Assembly (NCBI GenBank): GCA_051362555.1 | Contig: CM120640.1 | Location: 50,446,788 to 50,510,787, forward strand | Length of the DNA stretch: 64,000 nucleotides | Source of the DNA: Lingula anatina | Lineage: Eukaryota; Animalia; Brachiopoda | Direction: 5' to 3' | Part shown: positions 35,401 to 55,000 of the stretch, in pieces | How positions within the stretch are numbered: position 1 is the stretch's first letter | Layout of the letters: each line of letters starts with the position of its first letter | Position numbers and translations under genes: made by a program | Notes under the pieces: model-generated | What the model was told of the DNA's origin: nothing | Seen by the model: the letters and a program-made list of their open reading frames with translations, nothing else | Databases searched by the model: none

Positions 35401-38400
35401 TCATCGGAAAGAGTAGAAGTCAAGGTCAAATTTGTTTTAATGCAGTTGAACAGTCTGGTAAGTGACTATTACTTTGGCACAAATTCATAATTGTGCTGTT
35501 TATTATTTTGACTAGAGTGGTGAAGAGATTGCGCCTTTGATTAATAGGTTGTTATTAGAAAAAAATTTAAAGTGTAATTGAAATGTTGAAAATGCATATC
35601 AATGTCACTTGTTGTTTCCAATTCTATATTTTTTGTGCATCCAGTTGCTAAATTCAAATTCAAATACATGGAATTGCTCAAATGTTATATTATTTTCATA
35701 ATGGTCATGAATAAAATGTGATCTAGATGATAGATGGGCAGCTGTAATTGATAATATAAATCAGTTTATTTGTTAATTTTTGTTTCGGAGTGATATTTTC
35801 TTATGTTTTTATTTTGGCTTATAAGGTGAATTTATGTCAGCATTCATTTTTTTTTTTTTTTTTTTGCAGTTTCATGTACTGTTTTTGTTCCAGCACACTT
35901 CGTAAATTTGGGTGCGTTTCTAACCTTTTATGTATAACTCCATGGTTTTATGTTTGATCACTTGTTGAGCTTAATGCGTTCTGCTATCGTACTAAATAAA
36001 GCTTGGCATTTTAGTTGTGATGTTTGGCAAAATGTATTTCAAATTTAGTTGACGTCGGTCATTATCCATCTTGCATTCGTCAATTTGATCATTAGTTGTA
36101 AAATTCATATGTTATGAAACTAATAGGCCTACTTAGGAAAAAAAACATTATAATTTCAGTAACGCTGCACAAATACGACATATATGTGTTAACATGTATA
36201 TATCTGCGTCTCAGCAGAAGGCATTAAGCCTCCGTTGGTGATCTTTATTAGAACATTACATGCTTTGACTTCCATTTGGTCTGTAGAATGAGAAGAGCCA
36301 GGTGCTTGCGACCTCGGGCTGGATGGAGGTGGTACGTTAGTCCGTAGATGAATGAAAGCTTGTCTCTCTTTGTCTAAACCAATGGACAAATACCACTCTT
36401 GAGACGACACAATGAATGAATGAGACATAAACGATGCAGATATTCATTTTTTCAAACGCTCTTTTCCTTTTAGGAATTAAACACTTTAGAATTTTAAAAC
36501 CAAGAACACTCTGATTATCTGGATGATATATTACCTACTAAAACAGTTATTATTCTAAAAAAGGGAATAATTAAAAGTTCATAAGCAAACAAATAAATAC
36601 GAGATATGTTAATATGGCGGTTCATACAAGAGTGGTATTTGTTGTACATTTACATTCATTTTTATGTGTTTGTTTTGTGAGAACATTAATTCCACCGGTT
36701 TGATAAGGACGAAGAATGTGTGAACGTTATCCATTCTGCGGCCAATTGCATTAAATTTGCATAAAATAATATCTGACATAGTTCAATTTGTTGAAAGGCA
36801 TTCAACATTCATTTTACATAGTTTTCACATATTCTTCGAACATAATTGCTTCGGTGGTTGGAATGTACTTGTGATAGCATAGTTTTTTGTATGTTTACTT
36901 GTGTAGTTTCTTTTTTCACATTTTGATGTTTTAAGTATTCACTCATGAAAATGTGCATGCGTTTAAGCATTCAGTGTACAGTGTCGGAAATTTTGTGCAG
37001 TGATTGTGTTTGTTTTGTTTTTTATCTTACAACCTGTGTGATTAGGACGAAAAAATACAGATTTTAGCCACATCGGGCTGGATGGAAGTGGTATGTCTAA
37101 TTTTCTCTCGCATACGAAACTCCCGAATACATAACAATAATAATTTAACAGTAGCATAATGGCCTTAAATCAGATTTGTATGAAATTGAATATATTTTAA
37201 TTCGCAAGTTTAATAATCTTCAATTCAGTTAAAGTCTGAGTCAGTCCCATTAGATGTTACATTAAAGCCGTAGGACACGCAAATTAATTCGAACAGCAGG
37301 CCTACTTTGGGCTCACAGATGTACAGTGTCATCTCTGTAGTTAAAATGGTTGACCACGTTTGTAAAGTGTATTCCCGTTGGTGGTCTCCAGTGAGAATAT
37401 AGTATTGGTAAAAAAGAACCTTGGGATGCACTTCAGCTCAGTGAAGTACCTTTTATTGATCAGCTATTGATAAATCATTCATTTTGTAAATCCATAGAGA
37501 AGAAAATTTCTTCGGGCGATTTTGTTAAAAAGTAAGAGTTTAATCTTAAACAGGGGGTTTCCTACATGTACTAGAGGGGACAGATTTAATAAATGCAATT
37601 ACTTAGACTTTCACAGCTGCTTTTCGAATAAATCATTGGTAACGTTATTGTTTTGAGGGATTGTAGGTTGTAGGCCTACGGGAATAATTTTGGCAAAGGC
37701 GTATTCAGTTCTGTAAGGGGAAGGGACCCTTTATATATACTTTTTAAAAAAATATTCTTTCTTAATTGTGAGCTTCCAAAAGTCTCATACTTGCTTGCTT
37801 GACATTATGAACAATGCCTTTTTCTACTTAGGTTCAACCTATTTGATACTTTTATCCTTAATGAATATGTCAAAGGTCCCAACGTGAGCTTCTAATTTAA
37901 TTGAGAAAACAAATTATTTCATGATGACATAGAATATTTCTCCTGCATAGAAGTGCCAAACATAACACCAATTGCCTTTCAGATGGATTGTCATTACTTT
38001 TATGTCTGATTTGGTATATTTCTTTGATTTCCTTTGTGTTTTACTACACTTTGCTTCATTCAACTTCATAAAAACAAATTAATCTTACACATTTGGTGGT
38101 ATAGGTTTAAGTTTAAATACTCTCAATGGGATTAGACTAAATAGAATTATATATATCGTTAGACTAAATCTATAGAAATATATAAACAAAGATAGCTACC
38201 ATTTAATAATTGGATTAAAAAATATATATATTAAAATAACTTTGCTGGTAATTTTTTTAAAATTATATATTTATATGTATTTAGGAATGGCAAGATGAGA
38301 GATTAACTTGGTCTCCGGAGGATTATGGGAACCTGACATCCGTCGTGGTGTCCTCACAGTTGCTATGGCTACCAGATATAGCCCTTCAAAACAGGTACTA

Positions 38401-41139
38401 AATAACTTATTCCATTCTATCTGTCATCACTTTTCCATGGTGGCAATGGGTTAGGCACAAGACAAGAGACTGATTCATCCCCATGTCCATTATGAATTGT
38501 TATTTTGATTGTTAAATTAAACTTCACTCGACTCTCCTCTATTTTTATTGTCGCAAAATTAGCATGAAAGTTGCCTCTGCACCCTCTGGTATCAAAAATA
38601 CTCATAAAACATGTTTCAGTCCCTGTGAAAATATATCCTTGCGTTTTCTTACAGTGCTTCCGAAATCTACCATTCCTCATTCCAAGACAGCAAATTCCGA
38701 ATATCTATTTGGAACACGGGGAACATTTTATGGATACCGGGAGGTAAATTCTTCACAAACTGTGAATTAGACATCACTTATTTCCCCTTTGACGACCAGA
38801 AGTGCATGTTGCATTTCACAAACTGGGCATACACAGGATTACAAGTCAACCTAACCAATTCTGTATCCGTCATTCCCCTCGATAACTACAAACTTAATGG
38901 AGAGTGGGACATAGTGAAGACCAAGGCCACGAGAGAGGATGTCTTTTTCTACTGCTGCCCAGAGGTGCCATACCCCGCCGTGTATTTTACCATCTATATG
39001 AGACGCAAGTTCCTGTATCACCTGACAAACATAGTGACCCCCTGCCTTATGCTGTCTATACTGGTGGCGGTAGTGTTTTGTTTACCCCCAGATGACGGTG
39101 AGAAGATTGCACTGGGCATTACTGTGCTCCTGTCATTCTCAGTCTTCTTGTTGTTGATTGCAGAAAGCATGCCTAGGATATCCGAGTCCGTACCAGTAAT
39201 CAGTAAGTTGATTTGATACAGAATTCTTTTGAATTTGAGTAACAGAGTAAATATGTTGGGTGCTACAAGGTTAAGGGCATCTTCAGGTTGAGTCAAGTGC
39301 GGTTCAGCACCCAATTGCAAACTTCTGTTTGGCAGTCTAGGTATTGCTGTAAGTTTCAGATCTTTAAAGACGCCCGCCCTTACAATGATCTTATTTAATT
39401 TAAACTTCAGCCCTATTCGGTTTCAAAAGTATTTATTTGACTTGCAGTTGAGTCAAGTTTCACTTTGTAAAGGCAGTTAAAACACAGCAGCATTTACAAA
39501 AACTTATTATAGTAAACAAATGAATATATGAACAGATTTTGAAAATCCGCTCAACAAATCTATTTGTAATTGCCTTTTTCAAATTTTCAAAACCGCCTTT
39601 TCTACCATTGATCCCCGTAGTCTTGCTTCTTACATGATCTAATTATATGTCCAGTCCCATGATGTGAAATTTGACAAATATCTGTAAGGGTAAATACAGA
39701 GCGTCAAGATTACCCTTACAGTCAATATCTAGAAAGACATAATCATATTTAACCATACAGTTCCAACAAATTTAGAATTGGGGTTTGGGGGATTATGGAA
39801 AGCAGCAATACAAGCACTAAGTGGTGACTCACCAATTGTTGAAAGAATCGTTTCGCATCCAAGTGTACGTAGCTTTATTTTTCAAATAAACACCGAATAG
39901 ATGGCATGAGGAATGTGCAAGTTAACTCTTTAAAGCACACAATGAGCGCTAGACTCTATTAAAAAAAAAACTGGAAATTTCAACACTTTTTCCTCATTGA
40001 GCAAAATTACAAATTACGATCTATGAGCTTTTTTTTTTAGTTTTAAGTTTCTTATTTTAATTCATTCTCGTAATGAAGGTGGAGACTGGCGAATTTCACT
40101 TGTGTCACGTGTGTGAGATTAAAAATTAAGAGCACAAAAACGGATGTACATATCGTCATTTTCTCAACTGTTCTGGAAAGGGCATATATCTTGGTGATAA
40201 AGGGAAAAAACTGCTGAAATTCAAAAGAAAATTATGCATTTATTCATTTGGTACATAAAGACCTTTTTTCCATAAGGAGCTTTTACTGAAACCACAGCTC
40301 ACCTTCTGGGAATCTGCTCCTTTATTTCAGTGTTGAGAACTTAAATTTTTTCTTAACAAACCGGTGTAACGTGACAGAGAGTCCCCCATTGACAGAGAAG
40401 TCCGCTTCCCATTCATTTGTACAGGCTACCCTTAACCTTTTTAACTAAATGGAGTGCGGACTTCCTGTTACACGGACCCTCAGTTTCGTTACACCGGCAC
40501 TCTTCGAATGATAACTATAAAATACTTGCACCATGATTCTTTATCTCCCTAGGTATTTATTTAACAATCTTCATGGCAATGACCACAGTGTGCATCTTCT
40601 GGACGGTCTTGGTCCTGAATCTCCATCACCGCACCACTGTAACACCAGTGCCCAAATGGTTGCGAGTGATCCTCTTCAACTGCCTGGCCCGCATGTTGTG
40701 CATGAGGAGTGCAGTTCCCGACTACGAGAAGAAGCACCATCCCGAGGAAAACAGCGTCAACAACGACGAACAGTTGACGCGATTAACGCGCTCTGATCAC
40801 GTCGGAATGCGCCTTAGCAAACGGGGGCGAGGATCGTTCACAGGGGACATGTCTCCTTGTCGATGTATCACCACAAATCATAACGGAGAAGCGAATAAGG
40901 ACTTAGAGAAATCGTACTCAAACCGATTACTTGAGGAGGTAGTTGATCACCTACGCTGCGTGACTGAGAAGAGAATGGAGGAGGAGGAAATAGAGTCGCA
41001 ACGGGCAGAGTGGCGCGCTGCAGCGAGCATTGTGGATCGTTTCTTCTTCTTGCTGTCCCTTGCTATCATCATTGTTTCTTCAATTGTAGTTCTAGTGTGC
41101 ATGCCTATGTCGAAGAAGGATATCACCAGTATAGATTAA
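32414..41139 (+). CDS. Nicotinic acetylcholine receptor alpha-type subunit (alpha7/9/10-like Cys-loop cation channel)
   Basis: Exons 32414-32504 (signal peptide MLHIWIVYCLFGCLFGTVTVTG), 35315-35457, 37046-37090, 38285-38394, 38655-39202, 40553-41139. Cys loop CELDITYFPFDDQKC, loop C YCCPEVPY with vicinal Cys, M1-M2 LPPDDGEKIALGITVLLSFSVF, M3 LVLNLHHR, M4 EWRAAASIVDRFF. Confidence 0.93.
40361..40497. mobile_element. MITE with CCGGTGTAAC TIRs in the last nAChR intron
   Basis: ccggtgtaacg...cgttacaccgg; related termini at 62607-62787. Confidence 0.7.
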
Positions 41140-43850
41140 TATGTTTTGAAAAGGACGAAGAATTATAAAGGCAAGCTATTTAAAAGGATAATGTAACATG
41201 AAGTGTGTTAAACATACGCATGTGCAAGATATTGCATTTAAACGAGGATGAGGGGAAAAGTCTATGTTGTCATGATAGCAGCTAAACAAGAACTTTGAGT
41301 GTATACTCCATTTTTTAATATTAACTATTAATTGACAGAATAAAAAGTGAAGAGTTTGGTATGATAACTTTAATTCTGATGTAAAAGTAACGTTTCGTAA
41401 TAATAAAAAACCTTGTAGAGCCACGTTATATTATGCAATGCAGTGTGTCTAATTATTCACAAAAATGGGAACTCAAAAGTTTTACAGAATATGTTTTAGG
41501 GCACCATTTTCCTTTCTTTTATTCGTACTTTTTAGACTGACTATCCTTTCAAAATTCCGTTGAAAGGCGACATAAAAATTAGAGATGTATATGGAAAAAA
41601 TCTGTGTATGATTTTGATTTTGTTTCAGGTTGATATGCCAGATAGCATCTCAAACTTGCATTTGAATAATTTAACAGATAATTTTATTAAGTGATCGTGG
41701 TTAGTCACTAATAGAAAAGACTGATAAACCGAAGAAGAGCCACATCAGCGGTGAAACTGTGTTGAATAAACTTCCGATACTTTTTGTCTTTCACATATAT
41801 TTCAAGGAAAAGTACATATACAGTATATGTACATGAAGCGGGAGAATTCACCAGATTTTATGGCTTCCACGTCTGTTTTTCATTTCTCAGAATCTTATTT
41901 TTACAGAGCAACATTGTGAGCATGTAGAATGCTTGCATTCTCTGCTTGATTTTGAAACTTTTTAAAATAGCGTCCTCTGAAAATGGCGTCATCAAAGGGT
42001 GATAATTTCACACACAGAAGAGAAAAACTGAGAGTTAATAAGGAAGACCCAGCATATATTTTGTTTCGGATCAAGAGCTTCCGTGACAATGCGATAGCGA
42101 TTACCTGTCTCAGTGTGACAGTTGAGCCTCAGCAAACAGCGATCGCCACAATTGAACTATAATGTACCTCTTTCTGACTAAAAATCACCATCCAATGGAC
42201 ATATGAACAAAACTTTGGGATTATTTGAACTGCGACACATTTCTCTCGCCTAAGTGACTTTCTTCTTTACTATACAAGCTAACAATGTGATCGTTTCTTA
42301 TTGGACATTTTGGATCATCTCGCGAAACATTATTGTTGTTTATCGTATTTCATTTATCGATTTGAGCCCATTACGTTTTATACTAACACATTTTATCACT
42401 TTATCACCACTATCAACAAGGTATGAGGCTGGCAACATTTCTGTCATGGAACCTTTTGGTCTCTTTCGCGCTTTTCCCTCCTGTCATCATACTCATCGCC
42501 TATTACACTATGTATACTAGTACAAATATTCTCCCTCGCTTTCCCTTGACTCTCCTTTCTTTCCTTTGTGGGGCGTCCACCAACAAACGTCTACCATTAA
42601 ATGTTTAATTTGCGTTATATTTACACTTTTCATTTGAAGTAAATTATTTTCCTCTATACTTTTGTATGTATTTTGTGTTGTATATATATACATTTTATAT
42701 TAAACATCTTATTTGGCTCTCCATAATAGATATTGTAAACTGCCGACCTGCCTCTAGTTTTCTCCCTTGTCACCACTACTTTGCACAGACTGGCCAATAC
42801 AAGGAGATAATAAAGAAAGTAATAAACGTTTTAATAGATGATATCATCAACGCAGGCATAAGAGCTCTGCCACCCGGGGTCTCCGGCCACGTTACTTGCT
42901 CTTAATTTGGTGCTCCTGGGTATCTACAATGTGCCTTAAAAAGATTCAGAAATACTACTCATGTGAAATAAATGCTCAAAGGCTCACTAAAGCACAATTT
43001 TGCACGAACAAATGAAACCAAATACAGGAGTTGATACGAAAATTGTCAATATCGAATCTGAAAAAACTTAAAATTACGATAATGAATATAAAGGAGTTGA
43101 GATTGTAGATAATAATTATGTTGAAGAGCAAAAGGGTGGCATTCCCTAAAATGAAATTCGCCATCGCCAAACTATGTGTTTTCATGTACAATAGCTTCCA
43201 GCAAACAAGCATAAAAAGCGAAAAAAATAAAAAAGACTCTGTAAGGGACGAGGCGGTGCACTTTGTTACCCTCTACCAGGGCCACAGGTTAAATTTTACT
43301 ATATATATCACATGTCACAGATATTTATCGCGTTGGAGAAGAGTACACATATTTTCCGCGGGCCTGTAATTGGGTAACCCCTAGTGATGTCGCGTGACCG
43401 TAGCCATATCATGTGACCCTAGGCCATATTTTAATATCGTAAGTATAGAAGATGAGCCATATTTCTATATTGTAATTAAGGTAGACGCGTTCATGTACCA
43501 CGACCATTCTAGTATACCGCACTTCCCTCATTAATGCACCAAAGGTTCAATATGAATTACGAATGTAGGCCTGCTGACCTAGGTCATCAACTTTTGACAA
43601 GTGCTGGGGCATACAACCGAGTTTGAATACACGCGAACACTGAAATTGTAAGCACGATCTGTAGAAGTAGTGACACTGACATGCAAGCCCCAGGCTAAGG
43701 TTTCTGCACTCTTTATCTCAACAGAGTGTGTTTTTATAATTTCTAGCATGGGAAGCATTCTAAGAAATGTACTAAAGGTTGAGATGAAGAGATAAGACTC
43801 TTTTTCATGGGATATCTGTTGAGATATCGCACATAATCTGATGTCAACCG

Positions 43851-43851
43851 A

Positions 43852-43890
<39 letters not shown>
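43851..43890. repeat. (AAT)n microsatellite
   Basis: Tandem aat units seen directly. Confidence 0.9.
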
Positions 43891-44412
43891 TATTATTATC
43901 ATTATTATAATAATAAAATATAAAATCGCAACCCAAAGTTTGAAGTCGTACAATATCAAAAGATATTATTTGTACTTTAATGGTGAGTAGAGTTATATAA
44001 GAGATTAAAAACCTTAATCATTTCTAATGAAAGGGACTAATGAGATTAAAAGACAATGATTTTTTAAAGTAAATCTTAAAACGTTCTTGCCCTTTGATAT
44101 TATAACTTTGGTGTTTTCTCTTAAAGGCCTTGCAGGTGTATCTTTGAAAGGGAACCAGAGGTAGACCATATTCGGTCCTCAACGTCTAGTTTTACAAAGC
44201 AAGGCTTCAGCATTTATGGAAACGAAGAATCAATGGTCAGTCCACCCTGCCAGTGTCGAGCACACCCCTTCTCCCGTTGCATAATAATTGCTAGTTAAAT
44301 GTTATAACGTTAAATGAATTATATGTATATACGTTTTGAATTTCTAATACCAATATTTTTATATTCGTCAGCAAACTGATGAGAAGTGCATCTGCTTGTT
44401 TTAGGTAGGTTC

Positions 44413-49237
<4,825 letters not shown>

Positions 49238-49731
49238 TGTAAGTGCACAGCAAACAACAGATCTAAAGAATAACACCTTTGTCGTGTCCGTCAGGTGTCA
49301 CGAGATAAGATTCCTGCGACCAAAGGCGAGAATAGACCAAAAATATCGTTTTAGCAGTCTTAAGCCCTGTGTAAACGGAATTTAGGTTTCAATTGCTGGG
49401 TTGGTGTAAACGCAAAAAGGTTCTAAATGCAAAGCGCGGCCGAACTGAAAGTTACCAAAATTTTGTGATCACCAGGTCGAAGGGATGAAACGGTTGGTTT
49501 TGAATGTGGCGCCATCTACATGTAGCTGATTTCATTTTAGATTACACAGCACCCAGTGGTTCGTTTCAAGGGTAGGACCTATATTCAACTTGCGGCATTG
49601 TACATATGTGTGTATGCACGTGTGTGTATAGGACCTTAAACTTGTCAAATGTGTTTCCTACAAACCTTAAGTCGTATCAAAAGTTCGCAATAAAGAAAAA
49701 ATCTGCTTTTGTCTTCTGTCATTCGGTTTTT

Positions 49732-49899
49732 CAGGCCCGTAGCCAGCAATTTCAAAAGGGGGGTTCGTTTTCTGAAAAAGTGGACCTTTTTCCATAAAAT
49801 CTTCATGTACCTAGATCAAAGTTTACCCAGAGTGGACCTTTTCCCAGCAAAAGGGGCGGTTCTTTCGAACCCCCCGAACCCCCCCTGGCTACGGGCCTG
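49732..49899. mobile_element. MITE with CAGGCCCGTAGCCAG TIRs
   Basis: Perfect 15-bp TIRs, G- and C-runs inside, TTTTT on both flanks. Confidence 0.8.
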
Positions 49900-51699
49900 T
49901 TTTTCTTCCTTTAATGATAAAAATTATTTGAAAATTAAAATAAAATTGCTCCCTTTAGCTAGGAATTGCGATGTATTATCCAAGAATCAACCCTCTTTGG
50001 GTGCCAGTAAAACGCCATCTTTTTTAAAAAGTTGTCAATGGGATTTCAGACTTGGTAAATTTGAAGAAGTCATGACCTATTGTGTTATTACCTCATGAAA
50101 TTTGATGTGATAACACCATTAATTAAAAAAAGATACATATGATGTTGTAAAATTATCAATGCGCGTCGCCCTTGTTAATTTGAAAACTTTGAAAATTTCC
50201 ATTAACGATATGTATTTTCTTTATAAAAAAGTTTCATCCAAGACCAATAACCAATCAGTATACAAACATTTTCTGAGACACAAATCTTTAAAATCGTGGC
50301 CTCAGTCGTTAAACAAAAATTTGACCACAAACAAACAAACAAACAAACAAACGAACGAGCAGACCAATATACATGCAAGTTTTATTTCGCCAGTAATAAA
50401 CATATAAATTTTTTCTTGTGTAACACGTATTTGATCTAGACCAAATTATAAAATATTTTGTGCTTATTGTTTTTTGAAAAGGCTATTATTGTTATTCTTA
50501 TAAAGCCTTTCTTGGTTTTAAAAGAAAAACAGGAGTAATTTTTTTTCTTGAAATAGCATAACTTATCAAGTGATATTTTCTACCCTAAGACATTGGTGGC
50601 ACTTAACCTCTACGAATGAAACAGTTTTTAATATTTAATTGCTTTAAAAATGTAATTCTCAATGTAAGAAAATGATATCAGTGGTCATGAAAACTATTCA
50701 CATCAAAGAAAGCACTAACTGCTTAATATGTCCCATTGAGTTTTTTCGAAACTAGCCAAGCGTTAGTGGTGAAACATCTTTCTCTCCTTTCTTTTACCGG
50801 CGTCATAAAAGAGTTCCCTCATTAGAGAAAAACTGATTCCTTATGAGGATGACGCAGTTGATACTTACTTCTCATTAGGCTATGAACTGTGATTTTCCGC
50901 ATTGCAACAGTTGTTTCTTTGAATACGGTCGAGTGCAACATGGAGGCCATGGATAAAGAAAACAATATTACACTTGAAATACAGTCCAGGCACGATTTGA
51001 ATGTTATACACGTCTGTTGTCTCTAGGAGAACTTGTTGCTACAGACATTTTTATTCCATACACTAGGAAAATATATTGAATGATCGTCTAATGTATTGAT
51101 TCTATTAAGTAAACATCATATACAGATGTTTACATAAACCTCACCATTTATATGGAAAATACTGTTAATCTGGGAACTTAAAAAAAAGCGCCTGTTATAC
51201 CATAATATTCATGGGGATTCGGGTTACGCAAAAGGAAAAGTAGGCCTACCTAAAGGTAAAGTAAGTGATTTTTGGTGTCAAATCAAAAAGAGCTTTGCTA
51301 TTTGATCAGGTTACGGCAAAACTTAAGAAGATTATATGAGCATGTACACCGACATCCTATCAATATTCTTGGCTTTATGTAGGCTTATATGATAATTCTA
51401 CAACGACTCCTTTTTGTTGTCGGGTGAATTACGTGTAGGCCTACGTTCCATACTCCTTGCATTTTTACACCCCTGAAAAAATATTTGAGCAGTGTGAAAT
51501 CAAAATTCAGTTTCAGTATAACCAATGTTGGCTGTAATTGATTGATTATTACCATGTATGGCCACTAAGATGAAAATGTTTTTTTCGATAAGCCATAAAA
51601 ATTATTTTGAACTATATCTATATTTTTCAAGATGATCCTTTCACGAGACCGCCTCGTAAACTATCGGCAAGGGACTCCGGAAAAGACCGAGCAGCGAGC

Positions 51700-51772
51700 T
51701 TTACGTGCGCACATGACCGAATGTGACGTCACGCACTATATATATACACAGCCACGTTGCTCAATTCGCAAC
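51700..51772 (+). promoter_or_regulatory. NUPR1 proximal promoter: CRE/ATF site, TATA-like box, C/EBP-like sites
   Basis: tacgtg ~51702-51707, TGACGTCA 51724-51731, tatatatata 51737-51746, ttgctcaa 51757-51764 and attcgcaa 51764-51771, all within 125 bp of the ATG. Confidence 0.55.
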
Positions 51773-51824
51773 TCAGGCCCATATTTTTTTCGGAGGGAGA
51801 GAACGTTTCCAGTAAAAAGTTAGG

Positions 51825-52049
51825 ATGGATCCAGGGGAGGATGAGTTAGAACATTATAACTATGAGCAAGATAAGTACATGTCTTCAAACAGTGGTAAGG
51901 GGCGTTCAAAGAAAGAAGCAGAGCAGCACACGAATCACCACGACCCCTCGGGCCACACGAGGAAGACTGTGCAGAAACTCGTCAATAACTCTCACAAACA
52001 GCGGGATCAGAAACCACATCCAGTGACCAAGAAAAGTGATGGAAATTAG
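51825..52049 (+). CDS. NUPR1: Nuclear protein 1 (p8/NUPR1) homolog, intronless CDS
   Basis: SGKGRSKKEAEQHTNHHDPSGHTRKTVQKLVN matches the p8 motif GRKGRTKREAAANTNRPSPGGHERKLVTKLQN. AATAAA at 52520-52525. Confidence 0.9.
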   Translation: MDPGEDELEHYNYEQDKYMSSNSGKGRSKKEAEQHTNHHDPSGHTRKTVQKLVNNSHKQRDQKPHPVTKKSDGN

Positions 52050-55000
52050 TCCCAATCTAATGAAAGTACGTGAAGACCTTATTATGGGGAGGTTACTCTT
52101 ATTTATAATATGGATTACAAACTGGAGCTTGTTTACAAGGAAGTCACGTCATCTTTGACTGTGTTTACTGTGCTTGTTTATAACATTAGAAATTATATAT
52201 ACGATTATTGACTTCTGAGAGGGAAAAGTATGGATGTAAATCCAAGTCTTATCCATTGGTCACATATAATAACTTAATTTGTAACATGTCCCTTGTTGTC
52301 ATTTGACCTTTGTTAACCCCGTGGACTGATAAAAACAAAATGCATTAGTAGTGGGTTTATATCTGCGCATTTCCATGCTGTGATAGGTTTTCACTTGATC
52401 CACTGTATATAACTTCCACATCCACATGCATGTTAATAGTAGGGATATCTGCACACTTGATTTGTATTTGGAAACAACCAATGTTTAATATAGTGGTCAC
52501 CCCATAACTAAAGCCCATAAATAAAGTGTTTTAATATAACATGTTTGCATATTTATTTTGTCCGGTGATCTAGATATATAGGTTATTTCTTTTACAAATA
52601 TAATTCAACAATCTGTGGCAGCTATACAACAATATGTTTAAAAATAATTTAACTTTATTTTTCAGATTAAAAGGCAATTGAATTATGTACTTATACTTAA
52701 TGGACTTGATACCACCAATCAATGGACAGGCTGTGAATGCAATGAACTGAAGAGAATTCCATTTATTCCTATACAGAGCTTAAATTAACATCATTGGAGA
52801 ATAGTGACAGATTAGCAAAGCTAAATACTGAGTTGTTATTATGTCATTATTGGATCAGTAAAAAGCATCTTACAATGGCTATTGAGGAACTCCTCTCAGG
52901 GTTAATGGATCACAGAATTACCAGAGAGGTGAATTATTAGAAGAAATATTTTCAAAAGGAAACCAAGCCAATACATTTCAACTTGCAGCATGAAATAAAC
53001 AAAACTGGGTGCAGAGATATGGCATTAAATGTCATTGTTCTCCTGGGGCTTACATGTTGATGTGCAGGACAACTATAAAACACTTTTCTCCAAATTAGCC
53101 ATATTACTCAAGTCCTGGTGCAAAAGTTTTCAAAACTTGTAAAGGTGACACTGGGGCTTTTTTTAAATTTGTTCTGGGAAGTTTTATTTTGGTTTGGAAG
53201 TCCACCACAACTTAACAAACTTGCATTTTGTATGTTGGTTCGTAAAAAAATATTTGCAACTATTTATCCAACCAGTGGTTATAGCAAGAAAAAACATGTT
53301 GCCCTTCAGACTTGAATGTGTAATGTTTAAATAAAAGGGTTATGCTCTGGGAGTATTAAAGAAAATAAAGCAATGTGTTAATTTGATGTCAGTATTTTAT
53401 TGAACATGCTTCAAAACACTCAAATTAAGTACTTTTACTTTAATGTACTGCATGCAGCAGCAGAGCATATTATTAAAATACTTCATAAAACTTGACAGTA
53501 TTCAATCATTTAGGACAATTTTTTTATCAAATATAATATTATTAAATTTGAAATAGACTTTTCAATAACTAATAATGTAAACTTCTTCCCATATTTGTCA
53601 AAACCTGTATGGATTGTCAAAATTGGCACATTGAATATCCTACATTTTAATGAAACTAGAAAAAAATTTGAGCAAATTTGGAAAAGCATGGAAGACCTAT
53701 ATCTCTTCATATTGCTTGATCTTAATAGCTATATTAATAATACATGAGTGTTTTTCATTGAAATATTATATATGATGACGATTTGGCAAGATTTGTTTCT
53801 ATTACTTCTTTTGGTTTATCTAAGAAGACTTTGGGATTTCACATAAACCTACTAATATTTTTCCAGGAAAAAAACACGATCATTATTACAATGTTCAAAA
53901 AAGTATTCTCCCCTAAACATTACAAAAAGCACAGTAACATGCAAAAAATGTTAATACACAAATACTTCAGCACTGATATTCACAGTTAAACTGTTGAAAC
54001 TCTACCAAGCCCGTAATTTTACCCTTTTGAATTGCCCTATCATTTCAAAATAAAACTGAATATGTGACATAAAACCTAGGTTTGAATTATAAAATCAAAG
54101 GTTAAAATGTCAAAGTAACATCCTGAAAGCTGATATGCTGATGTAACCAGTTTTTTTAACTTGAAATTAAGTTTACCCATCAGAAATCTTTCCAAATCAG
54201 AGTGCAGAACAATTAACATAAAATCCATGACTAACTTGCATCAAGCTAGCACCAAACACTGTAAAATATTCTCCACCACATGCATACAGTTAAACTGCAG
54301 GCCTTCTTAACAGATTAGGCATTTACTAAAACTACCTGCAGATTTTTAAGCACTAACACCCATATTTACCACATAACCCACGAGTTAACCAACACACCGT
54401 ATAAGTATTTACTACTACCAGAGCGGATGAGTGTTGGTGCTAGGAATCACTTTGGCAGTGGTAAATACTTAAGGGTGTGTTTAATAATTTGTGTATTATG
54501 TGGTTAATATGGGCTTTTGTGCCAAAAGATCTGTGGGTAGTGTTTGTAAACTCATCCATTAATAAGGCCTGAACTGAGGAAAAAAAAAAAAAAAAGATGC
54601 CATACTGGGAAGCAATTCTTAAACTAATTTGCTTAACCAGGGACAAAAGGACTGATTATACTGTTGCTTTCTATACCCCTAGTATTTAATACTATGAAAA
54701 ACTAACATAAAATATTAAAGTTACATACTTACACACATGAATGAATGAGAAAAATACATTTGACAACATATGCCAGTTGTTTGGACTAGCAGTACATATT
54801 CACTCTATCCCATGTGCAATCCACATTTATCACACTTAAATAGTTAAAATAATCTAAAGTCCTCTTACTTTCTGTGATACTGTAAACGTTGACAGGATGT
54901 GACCACTGGTAATTATCTATTTGCCTTTATACTGGCTATAAAATGCACTTCACTGAACAGTTCTGTACAGTTAATGATATTACGCTGTCTACTACCTCTG

